A stretch of 64,000 nucleotides of DNA from Gemmatimonadota bacterium (GTDB lineage: Bacteria > Gemmatimonadota > Gemmatimonadetes > Palauibacterales > Palauibacteraceae). The notes beneath the pieces are model-generated. The model saw only the letters and a program-made list of their open reading frames with translations, ran no database searches and had not been told where the DNA came from. Where the stretch lies: the NCBI GenBank assembly GCA_039588215.1, contig JBDHAD010000010.1:10403-74402 (forward strand), given 5' to 3'. This document shows, one piece after another, positions 38,130-48,600 of the stretch. The translations under genes were made by a program, and so were the position numbers. Within the stretch, counting starts at the first letter, position 1. Each line of letters starts with the position of its first letter.

Positions 38130-38624
38130 TCAGGCCGCCACGTCGGGCTCCACCCGGAACAGCAGCTGGCCGTATTCGACGGGCTCCGCGTCCTCCACCA
38201 CGATTTCGCGCACAACGCCGGTCACTTCGGCCTCGAGCTCATTCATGAGCTTCATGGCTTCGAGGATGCAAAGCGTCTGGCCCTCCTCCACGCGATCACC
38301 GACTTCGACGTAGGCTGGTGCGTCCGGGGAGGGGGCGCGATAGAAGGTGCCCACCATGGGAGACAGGATGTCGTGGATGGTTGAGTCACCCGCGGGCGCC
38401 TGGGCCGTGATGCCGGCGTGGGCCTCGGCCCCTGTTTCACCCGCGGGCCCAGGCGCAGGATGAGCCGGTGCAACCGGCGGAGCTGGAGCCATGACGGGAC
38501 CCGCTCCCACGAGCGGCGATTTCCGAATTCGAATGCGGGTGGCGAACCGCTCCACCTCCAGCGAGTCGATCCCCGACTCCTCCACGAGGCGGATCAGCTT
38601 TCTCAACAACTCCATGTCTATCAT
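38130..38624 (-). CDS. accB: Acetyl-CoA carboxylase biotin carboxyl carrier protein
   Basis: ATG 38624 overlaps the efp stop (ATGA). Ala/Pro linker. Biotinyl motif [19 protein letters not shown]. Confidence 0.9.
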   Translation of the reverse strand: MIDMELLRKLIRLVEESGIDSLEVERFATRIRIRKSPLVGAGPVMAPAPPVAPAHPAPGPAGETGAEAHAGITAQAPAGDSTIHDILSPMVGTFYRAPSPDAPAYVEVGDRVEEGQTLCILEAMKLMNELEAEVTGVVREIVVEDAEPVEYGQLLFRVEPDVAA

Positions 38625-39187
38625 GACGAGACCCGCGTGATGTACTTGTCCTCTGTCCGATCCACTCGAATCACCTCGCCCGTCTCTACGAACAGCGGCA
38701 CCTGGACCACGGCGCCCGTCACGAGCTTCGCAGGCTTGGTCCCTCCCTGCGCTGTATCGCCGCGCACACCCGGCTCGGTCTCGGTCACCGCGAGCTCGAC
38801 GAACTGCGGCAACTCTACCGCGAGGACCCGGCCGTCTCGTGTGAGGCCCTGGCACTCCATGTTCTCCTGCAGATACTGGAGCTGGCCCTCGCCAATGGCG
38901 TCGGGCGAGAGCGGGATCATCTCGTACGTCTCGAGTTCCATGAAGTAGTACAACCCGCCATCCTGATAGCTGTACTGGATCGGTCGTCGCTCGAGCCGGA
39001 CCTCGGTCACCTTTTCGCCCGCTCGAAACGTCTTGTCGACCACGGAGCCTTTCATCACGTCCTTGAGCTTCGTGCGTACGAAGGCCCCTCCCTTACCGGG
39101 CTTCACGTGCTGGAAATAGGTGATCGAGAAAAGCGTGCCCTCCAGCTCGATCACCATCCCGTTACGAAAATCGGATGTATCCGCCAT
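38621..39187 (-). CDS. efp: Elongation factor P
   Basis: MADTSDFRNGMVIELEGTLFSITYFQHVKPGKGGAFVRTKLK, the EF-P signature including the KPGKG loop. 188 aa. Confidence 0.95.
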   Translation of the reverse strand: MADTSDFRNGMVIELEGTLFSITYFQHVKPGKGGAFVRTKLKDVMKGSVVDKTFRAGEKVTEVRLERRPIQYSYQDGGLYYFMELETYEMIPLSPDAIGEGQLQYLQENMECQGLTRDGRVLAVELPQFVELAVTETEPGVRGDTAQGGTKPAKLVTGAVVQVPLFVETGEVIRVDRTEDKYITRVSS

Positions 39188-39245
39188 GCACCAGATCCCG
39201 TTCCGCCCAACCGGGCGATGCCGTATGTGTCCCTTCCTCAGCAAG

Positions 39246-40349
39246 TTACAGCTCGAGCAGGCGCCTCGTGAAGCCGGTGATCAACTCCGGGCCAGCTTCC
39301 CGTACCCACACGTCGTCCTCGATCCGAACGCCACCTCGGTCCGGAAGATACACGCCGGGTTCGACCGTTACCACATGACCCGGCGCGAGTACATCGGACG
39401 AGCGACGAGCCAGCCTCGGGTCCTCATGGACTTCGAGCCCGATCCCGTGGCCGGTGCTGTGGCCAAAGAACGTGTCCCAGTCGTACATGGCGAGGCGCTC
39501 GCGCGCCGCCCGGTCGACGTCTGCCGCGGGGGAATCGGCGCGAGCCGCCTCGATCGCGGCCTCCTGCGCCTCCCTCACCGCTGCGTGGAGGTCTCGCTGC
39601 CAGGCGCTGGCCTCGCCCACGACAACCGTGCGTGTGATGTCACAGCAGTACCCACCGACCGAGGCCCCGAAGTCCAGCATGAGTAGGTCGCCCTCATCGA
39701 TGTATCGGTCGCTCGGCTGTGCGTGCGGGAGTGACGTACGCGAACCGCTTGCGACGATCACCTCGAACGGGAGCGCGTCCGAGCCTCCCTTCCGCAATTC
39801 GAACTCGAGGCGCGCGGCGGCGGCGCGCTCCGTCAACTCAGGCTCGCCGCGCAGCGCCTCCAGCGTGCGAGAGAGGGCGCCCTCCGCAACTGTCACCGCC
39901 TCGCGAATCAGATCGACCTCCCCCTCATCCTTGACCGCACGGAGTGGCATGACCGCGGCGGGGACCTCGATCCAAGCTTTGTCATCCGCGATCTCGTTCA
40001 GCCGACCGCGTTCGAGGACGCTGACGTACTCGGGCTCGAACCCTAGGCGAAGACTCGCCATCGTGCGAGACAGGTATGCCCCCAGGGAGGTCGCGAGTCC
40101 GTCCGAAGCCAAGTGGACTTCGACCTCTGATGTCACCTCCGATGTCGCCTGCTCCTCGTACCGGAAATCCGTGAACAGCGCCGGGTCCTCTCCCGTTCGG
40201 AAGAGCAGCCAACCGCTGGAGCCCGCAAAACCGGTCAGATACCGGACGTTCGGAGGGTGGGTGACCAGGAGCGCTTCGAGGCGATCCTCGCCGAGTCGTT
40301 TCGACAATCGCCGCCATCGCTCGGCAAGGGGCATATGGGGAATGGCCAT
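39246..40349 (-). CDS. pepP: Xaa-Pro aminopeptidase (M24B family)
   Basis: Creatinase-like N-domain. C-terminal DFGASVGGYCCDITRT, GHSTGHGIGLEVHEDP, VVTVEPGVY, IEDDV. Confidence 0.88.
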   Translation of the reverse strand: MAIPHMPLAERWRRLSKRLGEDRLEALLVTHPPNVRYLTGFAGSSGWLLFRTGEDPALFTDFRYEEQATSEVTSEVEVHLASDGLATSLGAYLSRTMASLRLGFEPEYVSVLERGRLNEIADDKAWIEVPAAVMPLRAVKDEGEVDLIREAVTVAEGALSRTLEALRGEPELTERAAAARLEFELRKGGSDALPFEVIVASGSRTSLPHAQPSDRYIDEGDLLMLDFGASVGGYCCDITRTVVVGEASAWQRDLHAAVREAQEAAIEAARADSPAADVDRAARERLAMYDWDTFFGHSTGHGIGLEVHEDPRLARRSSDVLAPGHVVTVEPGVYLPDRGGVRIEDDVWVREAGPELITGFTRRLLEL

Positions 40350-40355
40350 CCGACC

Positions 40356-40793
40356 TCAGCGCTGGCTCAGGTATTCCGCGAGCGCGTCGAGCGCCAGCAG
40401 GTAGCTGTTCTCGTGAAAGCCCGCGATGACGCCAACCGCGTGCCCGGCCAGCACGGACCGGTGTCGGAAGGGCTCACGCGCGAAGACGTTTGAAAGGTGA
40501 AGCTCCACGAAGGGGCGGGCGCTGGACACGAGCGCGTCTCGGAGGGCCTCGCTCGAATGCGTCAGGATCGCGGCGTTGACGAGCCAGCCATCCACTCGAG
40601 GCGCGTGCTCCTGCAGCCAAGCGATGATCGCACCTTCATCGTCCGATTGCATGAACTCGAGTCGTATGGAGCGTCGCTCGGCCTTGGCGCGGAGCATGGC
40701 TTCGATCTCGGCCAGGGTCGTGTGACCGTATTGCTCGGGCTCCCGCTCACCCAGGAGGTTCAGCTTGGGGCCGTTTACGACACCGATCCGCAC
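40356..40793 (-). CDS. aroQ: Type II 3-dehydroquinate dehydratase
   Basis: MRIGVVNGPKLNLLGEREPEQYG, QSDDEGAII, HLSNVFAREPFRH. Confidence 0.93.
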   Translation of the reverse strand: MRIGVVNGPKLNLLGEREPEQYGHTTLAEIEAMLRAKAERRSIRLEFMQSDDEGAIIAWLQEHAPRVDGWLVNAAILTHSSEALRDALVSSARPFVELHLSNVFAREPFRHRSVLAGHAVGVIAGFHENSYLLALDALAEYLSQR

Positions 40794-40802
40794 GTATGAC
40801 GC

Positions 40803-41837
40803 CTATTCGCCGCCGGTCGTCGCCGCCTCGATCAGCCAGCGCCTGAGTCGACTCAGCGCTCCGGACTCCAGATTCGTGCTCACGTGTGCGCGCCCCTCCA
40901 GAATCGCCGTCAGTTGCTCCCGGATCGTGTGCTTGAGGGGCTCATCGTCCTGCGCGGGTGGCGCGGCCAGGTGCGGACGCGGGAGCTCCTGCGCGCGCGC
41001 TGGGGCGGGGACGGGTGGAGCGTGGGTTGCAGGGCGCCGAGGCCCTTCCCGGCTCAACAGGCGCGCCTCGTCGAGGCTCGCGGCAAGCCGGGCATTGTAC
41101 GGATCCCGCGCCAACAGCTTCTCGTAGACGGAGATCGCCTCCTCGTACAGGCTCTGACGGAGATAGAGCTCCGCCAGGGTCGCGGTAGCGACTTCCTGTG
41201 GTTTATCGAGCTTCGACTGCCTGCGCGCGCTCTCTTCGACTTCCGCAGCGTCGGTCGGTGAGGTCGACGCCGGCGGTTCGGATGCGGGCCGCCAGTGAGC
41301 TTCGCCGTTCAGCGCCGGGTCTCGTCTCTTCTGCCATTCCGCCTCCAGCTGCGCCAGCCAACTGGTGGGCTCCACGCGAGCGTCGGTTACGCCGCGCTCG
41401 CCAGCAGACGAGGGGACCACTCGCGGGGGTGCGGGCGGGTCCGCCGGCAAGGACGTGCCGCCTACGTCGGGATCGAGGGCCTCGAGCTCCTGGAGCGCCA
41501 CGAGGTTCTCGTCGTCAATATCCAGTACCCGCCGGAAGGCGGCCGTGGCTTCCGGTCCGCGCCCCAGATCACGGAGGATCCGACCATGGATCAGGTGCGC
41601 GTTCAGGTAGTGCGGGTGGTGCGCCAGACCTTCCTCCACGACCTGTAGACCCTTCTCGGGGAGACCGCTCTTTCGATACAGATCGGCCAGTCGCGCGAAC
41701 GTGTGGCCCCGCGGGTTACCGGCTCGCAGTTCTTCCAGGCGCCGGATCTCTTGTCCGAGGTCAGTATCTGGGAGATTCATCAAGGGCGGGCGCTTTCCTT
41801 CCTCGGGCTGGCGGACATCTCGCTGCCTGCGGAACAT
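40803..41837 (-). CDS. TPR-repeat protein (function unknown)
   Basis: TPR-like helices at both ends (LADLYRKSGLPEKGLQVVEEGLAHHPHYLNAHLIHGRIL...; LAELYLRQSLYEEAISVYEKLLARDPYNA) around a Pro/Ala-rich middle. ATG 41837 is preceded by an A8 tract. The alternative start is ATG 41780. Confidence 0.65.
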   Translation of the reverse strand: MFRRQRDVRQPEEGKRPPLMNLPDTDLGQEIRRLEELRAGNPRGHTFARLADLYRKSGLPEKGLQVVEEGLAHHPHYLNAHLIHGRILRDLGRGPEATAAFRRVLDIDDENLVALQELEALDPDVGGTSLPADPPAPPRVVPSSAGERGVTDARVEPTSWLAQLEAEWQKRRDPALNGEAHWRPASEPPASTSPTDAAEVEESARRQSKLDKPQEVATATLAELYLRQSLYEEAISVYEKLLARDPYNARLAASLDEARLLSREGPRRPATHAPPVPAPARAQELPRPHLAAPPAQDDEPLKHTIREQLTAILEGRAHVSTNLESGALSRLRRWLIEAATTGGE

Positions 41838-41944
41838 ACCGGGGCCTTTTTTTTACTGTCAACGCAGTGCGCAACGGACCCGGCCAAGTTTGCTCGGGTT
41901 TCCCGTCGGGCATACGTTCATTTCCGTCGGGAAGCTCTTGTGCC

Positions 41945-41963
41945 ACGGCCGGTTTCCGGCCGT
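41945..41963 (+). terminator. Terminator/attenuator-like hairpin in the ppiD-like leader
   Basis: ACGGCCGG-TTT-CCGGCCGT (8-bp stem) followed by TTGGTATTTCT. It lies 50 nt upstream of the 42014 start codon, and no upstream plus-strand gene needs terminating. Confidence 0.3.
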
Positions 41964-42013
41964 TTGGTATTTCTGGGACTGACAATTAACGAAGCGGGTG
42001 CGGGACGTCTGCA

Positions 42014-43828
42014 ATGTTCATGCGGAAGATGCGCAGCAGCGCAAAATGGGTGATGCTGATACTGTCGCTGGCTTTCGTCGGCTGGCTGGTCTTCGACTGG
42101 GTGCAGAGTCGCGGGGGTAATCTCTCCTCCGAGATCAATCCAGTCGTTGGCGAGGTCGGACGTCAAGAGATTCGCTATAGCGACTGGAACGTGTACCTCC
42201 AGAACCAGCTCCAGGTGGCCCGCCAGCAGCGCGGCAGCTTGACCGAGGAGGACGTTCGGGTCGTTCGGGAACAGGCCTGGAGCGAGCTGGTCTCACAAGC
42301 GCTTCTCCAGTCGGAGCTCGAGCGTCTGAATATCGGCGTCTCGGACGAGGAGATTCGACAAGCGTTTCTGACCCAGCCCCCGCCCGAGTTCCTCACCCAT
42401 CCCGCGTTCCAGACGGAGGGGCAGTTCGACATCCAGAAGTACCAGCGGTTCTTCGCGGATCCGTCCACGGACGAGACGCTGCTCCTGCAGATCGAGAGCT
42501 ACTATCGGACGGTTCTCCCACGTAACAAGCTTCAATCCGTCATCCAGGAGGGGATCTACGTCTCGGAGGAGGAGGCCTGGAGGTTCTTCCGTGACATGAA
42601 CGAGACCGTCCGGGTTCGGTTTCTGACGCTGGATCCGGCGACTGCGGTGCCGGACAGCCTCGTGATCGTGTCGGCGTCCGAGGTGCAAGACTATTACGGC
42701 GCGCACGAGGAGGACTTCGAACGACCGGCCACGGCACGCGTCAACATGCTCAGCCTCGCCCTGCGTCCCACCGGCGCGGATACCGCGGCCGCCTTCTCGC
42801 GGGCGGATTCCCTCCGGCAGCGCATCCTGGACGGGGAAGAGTTTGCCGACGTGGCGCGAGTGGAGTCCGCCGATTCGATATCGGCAGAGCGTGGTGGAGA
42901 CGTCGGGCGGCTGACGCGCGACGCTCTCGACGCCTCACTCGCCGATGCGGCGTTCTCGCTCGCGGTGGGCGCCGTGTCCGAGCCCGTCCAGTCGCCGTTT
43001 GGCTACCACCTGCTCCAGGTGGATGATCGCACTGCGGACACGGTCGCCTTGCGGCAGATCTATGTGCCGATCGCGCCCTCTGCTGCGACCGAGGACTCGG
43101 TTTTCGGACTCATGGACAGGCTCGAGGAAGTGGCCCTCCGGTCAGACCTGCCCACGGCGGCGGACTCGCTCGGGCTCACGCTACGGCAAGATGTGACCCT
43201 GGCCGATGGTGCCGATTTCGTCCAGGGGGCGGGGGCCCTTGGAGTCGCACCTGAATGGGCACTCGATGAAGAGACCGAGCTGGGGGAGCTGAGCCCATTC
43301 CTCGAGAACGCGAGCGGTTTTCATCTCTTCGAGCTCCTGGGGCGACAGGACGCGGGCAGGATACCTCTACAGGACGTTGAGCTGACGATCCGAGAGCGAC
43401 TGAGCGGAGAGCGCAGGAAGACGGTCGCGCGGGACATGGTCCAGCGCGCCGTCGACGCACTCGCGAACGGGGCTGCGCTCGAGGTGCTCGCCGAGCGACT
43501 GGGATCCAGTGTCCAGGAAGCGGGACCGTTCAAGCGCGGAGACTTTGTGCCGGGGCTGGGACAGGGCACCGAGGCGGTCGGTGAATCTTTCGGCCTTCCC
43601 GTGGGCGCTATCAGCGGGGCGGTCGATGCAGGAACGGCAGTGGCCGTCCTTGAAGTCGTGGAGCGTGTGGAGGCCGACCGGGCTGAGTTCGACCAGGCCC
43701 GCGAGGTGATTCTACAGCAACTGACCTTCGAACGACGGCAGGACTACGTGCAGCGCTGGCTCGCCGCCCTGGAGGCCACGACGGTAGTCAGAGATCTTCG
43801 CGACCGGCTGACGACCACGAGTTCGTAA
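42014..43828 (+). CDS. Periplasmic chaperone/peptidyl-prolyl isomerase (PpiD/SurA-like, parvulin domain)
   Basis: N-terminal anchor KWVMLILSLAFVGWLVF. SurA-N-like region. Parvulin motif SPFGYHLLQVDDR. Confidence 0.8.
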   Translation: MFMRKMRSSAKWVMLILSLAFVGWLVFDWVQSRGGNLSSEINPVVGEVGRQEIRYSDWNVYLQNQLQVARQQRGSLTEEDVRVVREQAWSELVSQALLQSELERLNIGVSDEEIRQAFLTQPPPEFLTHPAFQTEGQFDIQKYQRFFADPSTDETLLLQIESYYRTVLPRNKLQSVIQEGIYVSEEEAWRFFRDMNETVRVRFLTLDPATAVPDSLVIVSASEVQDYYGAHEEDFERPATARVNMLSLALRPTGADTAAAFSRADSLRQRILDGEEFADVARVESADSISAERGGDVGRLTRDALDASLADAAFSLAVGAVSEPVQSPFGYHLLQVDDRTADTVALRQIYVPIAPSAATEDSVFGLMDRLEEVALRSDLPTAADSLGLTLRQDVTLADGADFVQGAGALGVAPEWALDEETELGELSPFLENASGFHLFELLGRQDAGRIPLQDVELTIRERLSGERRKTVARDMVQRAVDALANGAALEVLAERLGSSVQEAGPFKRGDFVPGLGQGTEAVGESFGLPVGAISGAVDAGTAVAVLEVVERVEADRAEFDQAREVILQQLTFERRQDYVQRWLAALEATTVVRDLRDRLTTTSS

Positions 43829-43915
43829 CCGGCTGCGCCCGCGGGGCGTCACCATAGCCGGTCGCTGAAGAACTCGAGCGGGATCGCTGGAGCCCCTCAT
43901 CGGCCTGCTTGGCGC

Positions 43916-44149
43916 CTAGTCGGATTTCGTGGCCGACGCGGGGTCGCGCGAGACAGACGACGCTTCGTTCTCGGTCTTCGGGCTCTCGATCTCGTCGCGG
44001 ACATCGTCTTCGATCTCCTTGATCGAGCCCTTGAACTCGCGGATCCCCTTCCCCAGCGAACTGCCGATCTCGGGCAAGCGCTTCGCCCCGAAGAGGAGCA
44101 GGATCGCGAGAAACACTATCAGAAGCTCCCAGGCACTCAAACCAAACAT
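43916..44149 (-). CDS. tatA: Twin-arginine translocase subunit TatA/E
   Basis: MFGLSAWELLIVFLAILLLFGAKRLPEIGSSLGKGIREFK, the canonical TatA TM helix plus amphipathic helix. Confidence 0.9.
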   Translation of the reverse strand: MFGLSAWELLIVFLAILLLFGAKRLPEIGSSLGKGIREFKGSIKEIEDDVRDEIESPKTENEASSVSRDPASATKSD

Positions 44150-44211
44150 CGGTGAATCCTCCGCCTAAGGAACGTCGCCGCCGTCTGCCGTGTGGCGATA
44201 GCGGCTCGACG

Positions 44212-44499
44212 TTACAGCAACGATCGCGCGAACCAAGCTACCAGTAATATGCCGACGACGCTGAGGATGTTCGCCCGTAGGATGAGCGGTCCCAAAGTAA
44301 TCGCCACGACGTGAAGATCTACCGTCAGCGGCCCCAGCGAGGCCGCCACGGTTGTGATGAAGAACTGCCGGGCCGCGCTAGGGGGTAAAGCCAACACCAT
44401 CAGCTCGGTCAGCAGTGCCCCGAGGATGAAACCGCTCGCGATGACCATTGCGATCCGACGCGGCGATCGCTCCGGTTTTCTGCCCAAATCCGCCATCAT
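44212..44499 (-). CDS. DUF4321-family small membrane protein
   Basis: ATG 44499 directly follows the upstream stop. 95 aa with two hydrophobic helices. The pattern GFILGALLTEL...LGPLTVDLHVVAITLGPLILRANILSVVGILLV resembles DUF4321, from memory. Confidence 0.6.
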   Translation of the reverse strand: MMADLGRKPERSPRRIAMVIASGFILGALLTELMVLALPPSAARQFFITTVAASLGPLTVDLHVVAITLGPLILRANILSVVGILLVAWFARSLL

Positions 44500-45482
44500 C
44501 GTACCCTGTCCACGACATAGTCTACGGCCAATCGCAACGCCGCCAGGCAATCGCTTTCTGGCAGGTCGGCCAGGCGCTCATGAGCACGGGCGGCAGCTTC
44601 TCTCGCGCCCTCACGGGCGTCATTCAAGCCGCCGCACCGATCTACGATCCCGACCACCTCCGATACGATCGCCGCGCCAGGCTCGGGAGCTCCGAACAAC
44701 TGGTCGACCCGCGCCCGCTCCCCCGCGCTCATGTGGGGCAGCGCGGCGATCAAGGGCAGCGTGACCTTGTGCTCCCTCAGATCCTGGCCGTTTGGCTTAC
44801 CCGTCACGGCCTCTGGAGATGTATAGTCTAGCAGGTCATCCGTAATCTGGAAGGCCATTCCCAGGTGATACCCGTAATCGCGTAAAGCCTCCCGCGCACC
44901 GGACCCGCCGACGAGGGCACCGAGCTCGCAGGCCGCCGACAGCAGCGACGCGGTCTTGCACTCGCAGAGCAAATCGTAGTCCTTGCGCGAAAACTGGAGG
45001 TGGTCGTGCGAGACCAGCTGTCGCATCTCCCCGATCGTCATCCGGTTCGCGGTGCCCGCCAGGATCGCGATCGGCTCCAGACGACCGAGGGCGGTGACTT
45101 CGATGACGGCCCTCGAATAAAGGTAATCGCCCAGAATGATGGCCACCTGGTGCGTCCAACGCTCGTTCACGGTCGGCATGCCTCTGCGCCGAACCGAATG
45201 GTCTACCGCGTCATCGTGGACGAGCGTGGCGACGTGAAGGAGCTCGACGATCGCCGCGAGCCTCACGGCCTCGGGTGTCGGTCGCCCGCCTACTCCGTTG
45301 GATAGAAGCAGCAACGTAGGTCGAAAGAGCTTTCCGCTTCGAGCGAAGAGGTATTCGGCCACCTCGTCCAGACCTTCGAATCCAGCCGGAACCATGGAGA
45401 GAAGCTCGCTCTCCACATCTCCGAGCCGATCCCGGACGGGACGGCGGACATCCTCCAGGCTGACAGAAGTGCGCTGCAGCAA
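44496..45482 (-). CDS. Long-chain polyprenyl diphosphate synthase (octaprenyl/heptaprenyl type; quinone side chain)
   Basis: First and second Asp-rich motifs LVHDDAVDHSVRRRG and FQITDDLLDY. TTG start. Confidence 0.9.
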   Translation of the reverse strand: MLQRTSVSLEDVRRPVRDRLGDVESELLSMVPAGFEGLDEVAEYLFARSGKLFRPTLLLLSNGVGGRPTPEAVRLAAIVELLHVATLVHDDAVDHSVRRRGMPTVNERWTHQVAIILGDYLYSRAVIEVTALGRLEPIAILAGTANRMTIGEMRQLVSHDHLQFSRKDYDLLCECKTASLLSAACELGALVGGSGAREALRDYGYHLGMAFQITDDLLDYTSPEAVTGKPNGQDLREHKVTLPLIAALPHMSAGERARVDQLFGAPEPGAAIVSEVVGIVDRCGGLNDAREGAREAAARAHERLADLPESDCLAALRLAVDYVVDRVR

Positions 45483-45637
45483 AGGCGAGCCCTCGGGTTC
45501 GGATGTATGGATGGGTCGAGCGGGAGAATGTTGAGGAGGACCGCGCGGTTGTCAAAGCGGCGTGCCGCTCGAGCGAGGACGGGTCGACCCCGGTCGTTGC
45601 GGGCGTCGGTCTCCGGAGGAGGGGGCGTGGCCTCGAT

Positions 45638-48600
45638 TCAAGAGCAGCTCAAGATCCGCTCCTGAACGTCCTTGTAGTCGATATCCACGCTGAAGATGCG
45701 CTCGTAACAGCCGAGCGCGTTCGTCGACTCTCCGAGCTCCTGATAGGCCACGCCCAGCTGATAGAGAACCCCGAGCATCTCGCGGTCATCCCACGAGCTA
45801 CCCTGAAGCGCCTGCTGCAGCAGACGCATGGCCACCCTGGCCTGACCCTTATCCAGAAAGGCCTCGCCTAAGAGCTCGTATGCCATTGCCGGAGCCTGGG
45901 GTTCTCGAACGGCGGCCTGGAGTTCACGGATCGCATCGTCCAGGCGCCCCATCTCTTTCAGGCTGGCGCCGAGCTCGGTTCGTGACATCGAGTCGGACTG
46001 CTGCGGATGCTCGTGCAACTCGGCCCGGAATTCGGACAATAGCTGCTCGAAGTCTGCGGCCGCGTCGCGCCCTCCAGCCACACCGGAGTACGGTTGGGGT
46101 GCCTCTCCCGGCGCATCGAATATCCCGCCTCCAGCCAAGTCCTCATACCCAGCGGGTCCCGACACTCCACCGAGGGCTCCCGCTCCTTGAATAGGTCCTG
46201 TAGGGTGAGCGAACACCGCGCCCTCCTCCTGTTCAACCTGCCCAACGTCGGTTACATCCTGCAGCCGCTGTACCGCTTCCTGCGCAGCCGCGTGATCGGG
46301 GTCGAGCTGCAAAAGACTCTCGTACGTTCTGCGAGCCTCGAGCGTGCGTCCCGCCCGCTCCAAACACTGACCCAAACTGATATGTGTCTCAACGGCCGCC
46401 GCGCCGTCCCCGAGAGCCGATGCGTATTCGAGGCGCTTCCGCAGCAAGTCTGGCTCGTCGGGATCAAGCGCCATGAGGCGCTCCACGACCATCAGCCCCT
46501 TGTCTAGTTCGGCCCGCATCTCGAGCTCGGTCAGCGCGCGCTTCAGCACCGGCGGCGATGCGGACTTCACCCACTCGCCGAAGGCATCCTCGCGCTCGCC
46601 GCTGAGCCCAGACGCCATGCCGATCGCGCCTCCCCCGTCCGGAATGTCCCCGGTGTCCCCAACCAGCTCGTGTGAGGCCGCCGTCTCGAAGAGCCGCCTT
46701 GGCTCCTCCGGCGTCGTCTCCTCCGGGCCCGCCCCTTCCAGGATCGCCTCCTCGGGGCCCGCCTCCCGAACGTCAGCGCTCTCGCTGGACCCTTCCCCTG
46801 CCGCGAGCGGCGTGGGCTCGGGCTCCAGCTCGGGCACGAACACAGCCTCGAGCACAGGCTCGGGCTCAGGCCCGGGCTCGGGCTCAGGCTCGGGCATGAA
46901 CGCAGGCTCGGGCACGGACTCAGGCTCGGGCTCCAGCCCAGGAGCTGGCCCTGGCTCCGGCCCGATCGTCGGAGTGGCGGGGATTGGCTCGGGCTCAGCG
47001 ACAGACTCGGCAGTCGCCGGGGGCCGGGTCGGCCCCCGGTGCGCCGGCTCGTCGGGAGACGGCTCCTCCGGCCACGCGATTGCCTCCACGTGGATCGATT
47101 CGTTTTCCAGGCCGATCTGATCGGGAGCGGGTTCGGGCTCGGTATCAAACGACCCTTCCGGTTCGTGTGAGTCGAGCGTCTCCGGATCGTCCCCGGTCTC
47201 GAGTCCGACCTGAGCGTCCTCGGCCCAGGTTCGGGCCACCGTCTGCTCGTCTTCCTCAGTGACCGGCTCTTGAGAGGTCGCGTCCTCTACGCCGGCCGGA
47301 GGCTCCTCGTCCGTTTCGAGGATGGCCTCGATGGACTCGAGGAACTGCTCCTTGTTCTCCGGTGTGTGTTCAGGTGGCTCGGCGGCATCGGATCTGCCCA
47401 GCGTCAGCGCCTCGAGATCCTCTTCGAGCGCGTCGACGGCCGCTCCGGTCGGCTCGAGCTCTTCGTTGGCCTCGGACCACGATCCGGACGCTTCGAGCCG
47501 CTCCTCGACACCGCTCGGTGGCCACGCTTCCTCGAGCTGAAGGGGCTCGCTCGGATCGATCTCGGCCGACTGCGTCTCGAAGGGAGCTGACGCCTGGGAT
47601 GCCAGACCCTCGGAGGTGCGTCCGTTGAGGTCCGTGCTCTCGATCGAGTCTTCGCGCTCGAGCAGCTCGGCCCCCGTTTCGATCTGGTGAAAGCTCTCGC
47701 GCGGATCATCGGTGACCAAGCTCTCCGCGCGATCCACGAGCTCCTGCAACGGAAAATCATCGTCAGTCGAAGATTCGTCCGCTTCCGCGTGGAACGGAGT
47801 CGATTCGGGGTGCGCGTGCGCGAGGTCCTGTGCCTCGACCGCGTCGAGATCGAGCGCGAGGACGCTACGCTGCCCGAGTTGTGCCCAAGTCGTGGGCGGC
47901 TCGACTCGCTCGCGGTGAGGGCGCTCGGAGAGTGGCGGGTGGCCGGTCGACGCTGGTGTCTCGCTCCCGTCGGTCTGCCTCACCGTGGGGTGTCCAAACG
48001 CGAGCGGCGCCCGAGCGAGGTGCTCCAGCGACTCGGAGGAATAGCCGCCGTGAGAAGGCGGAGGCGGGTCCAGAACGACTGCGGTCTCTGATCCGTCGAG
48101 CGTTGCGGCGGCGGGCACCCGATCTCTTCCGAGATGAGGGAGCGCACCCGGCGCCTCGTTGCCGTCCTGTGCGTGGGCGCCCATCTCAGGCTCGACGACC
48201 AGCGGATCCAGGCTCCGCGGCTCGATCGTGTCGAGCCGCACGGAGTGGCTCGAGACATCCCGCCCCACGAACGGATCAGCGAGCTCGCCCAGCTCGACAG
48301 CAGCCCCCCATTCGTCGACTGCGGCGACCTCGGGTACGTCCGAGTCCCACCCCGAAAAGTCCTCGTCGTCCTCCAGCTCCCACGGTATCGCCACGCCCGG
48401 TTCGTCGGCCTCTTCCAGCTCGATCTCCGGCGCCGGCTCCGGTTTCCCCTGCGTAGCGAAATCGGCATCGGGATCCGTGAGAGCCTCGGTGAACAGAGGC
48501 ATCTCTTCGATCGACAGCTCATCCAGCAAGGGAAGCGGGGGCGCGTCCTCCTCGGTCTCGTACTCAGACGAGGCAACCGTGACCGAGGCTTCATCGGGCT

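Noticed and set aside
46810-47000. Short GC-rich tandem repeats that could be mistaken for a repeat array or CRISPR
   Set aside because: The units are 6-12 nt and imperfect, with no spacers. They lie in-frame inside a long ORF, where they encode (Glu-Pro)n. This is a coding low-complexity repeat.
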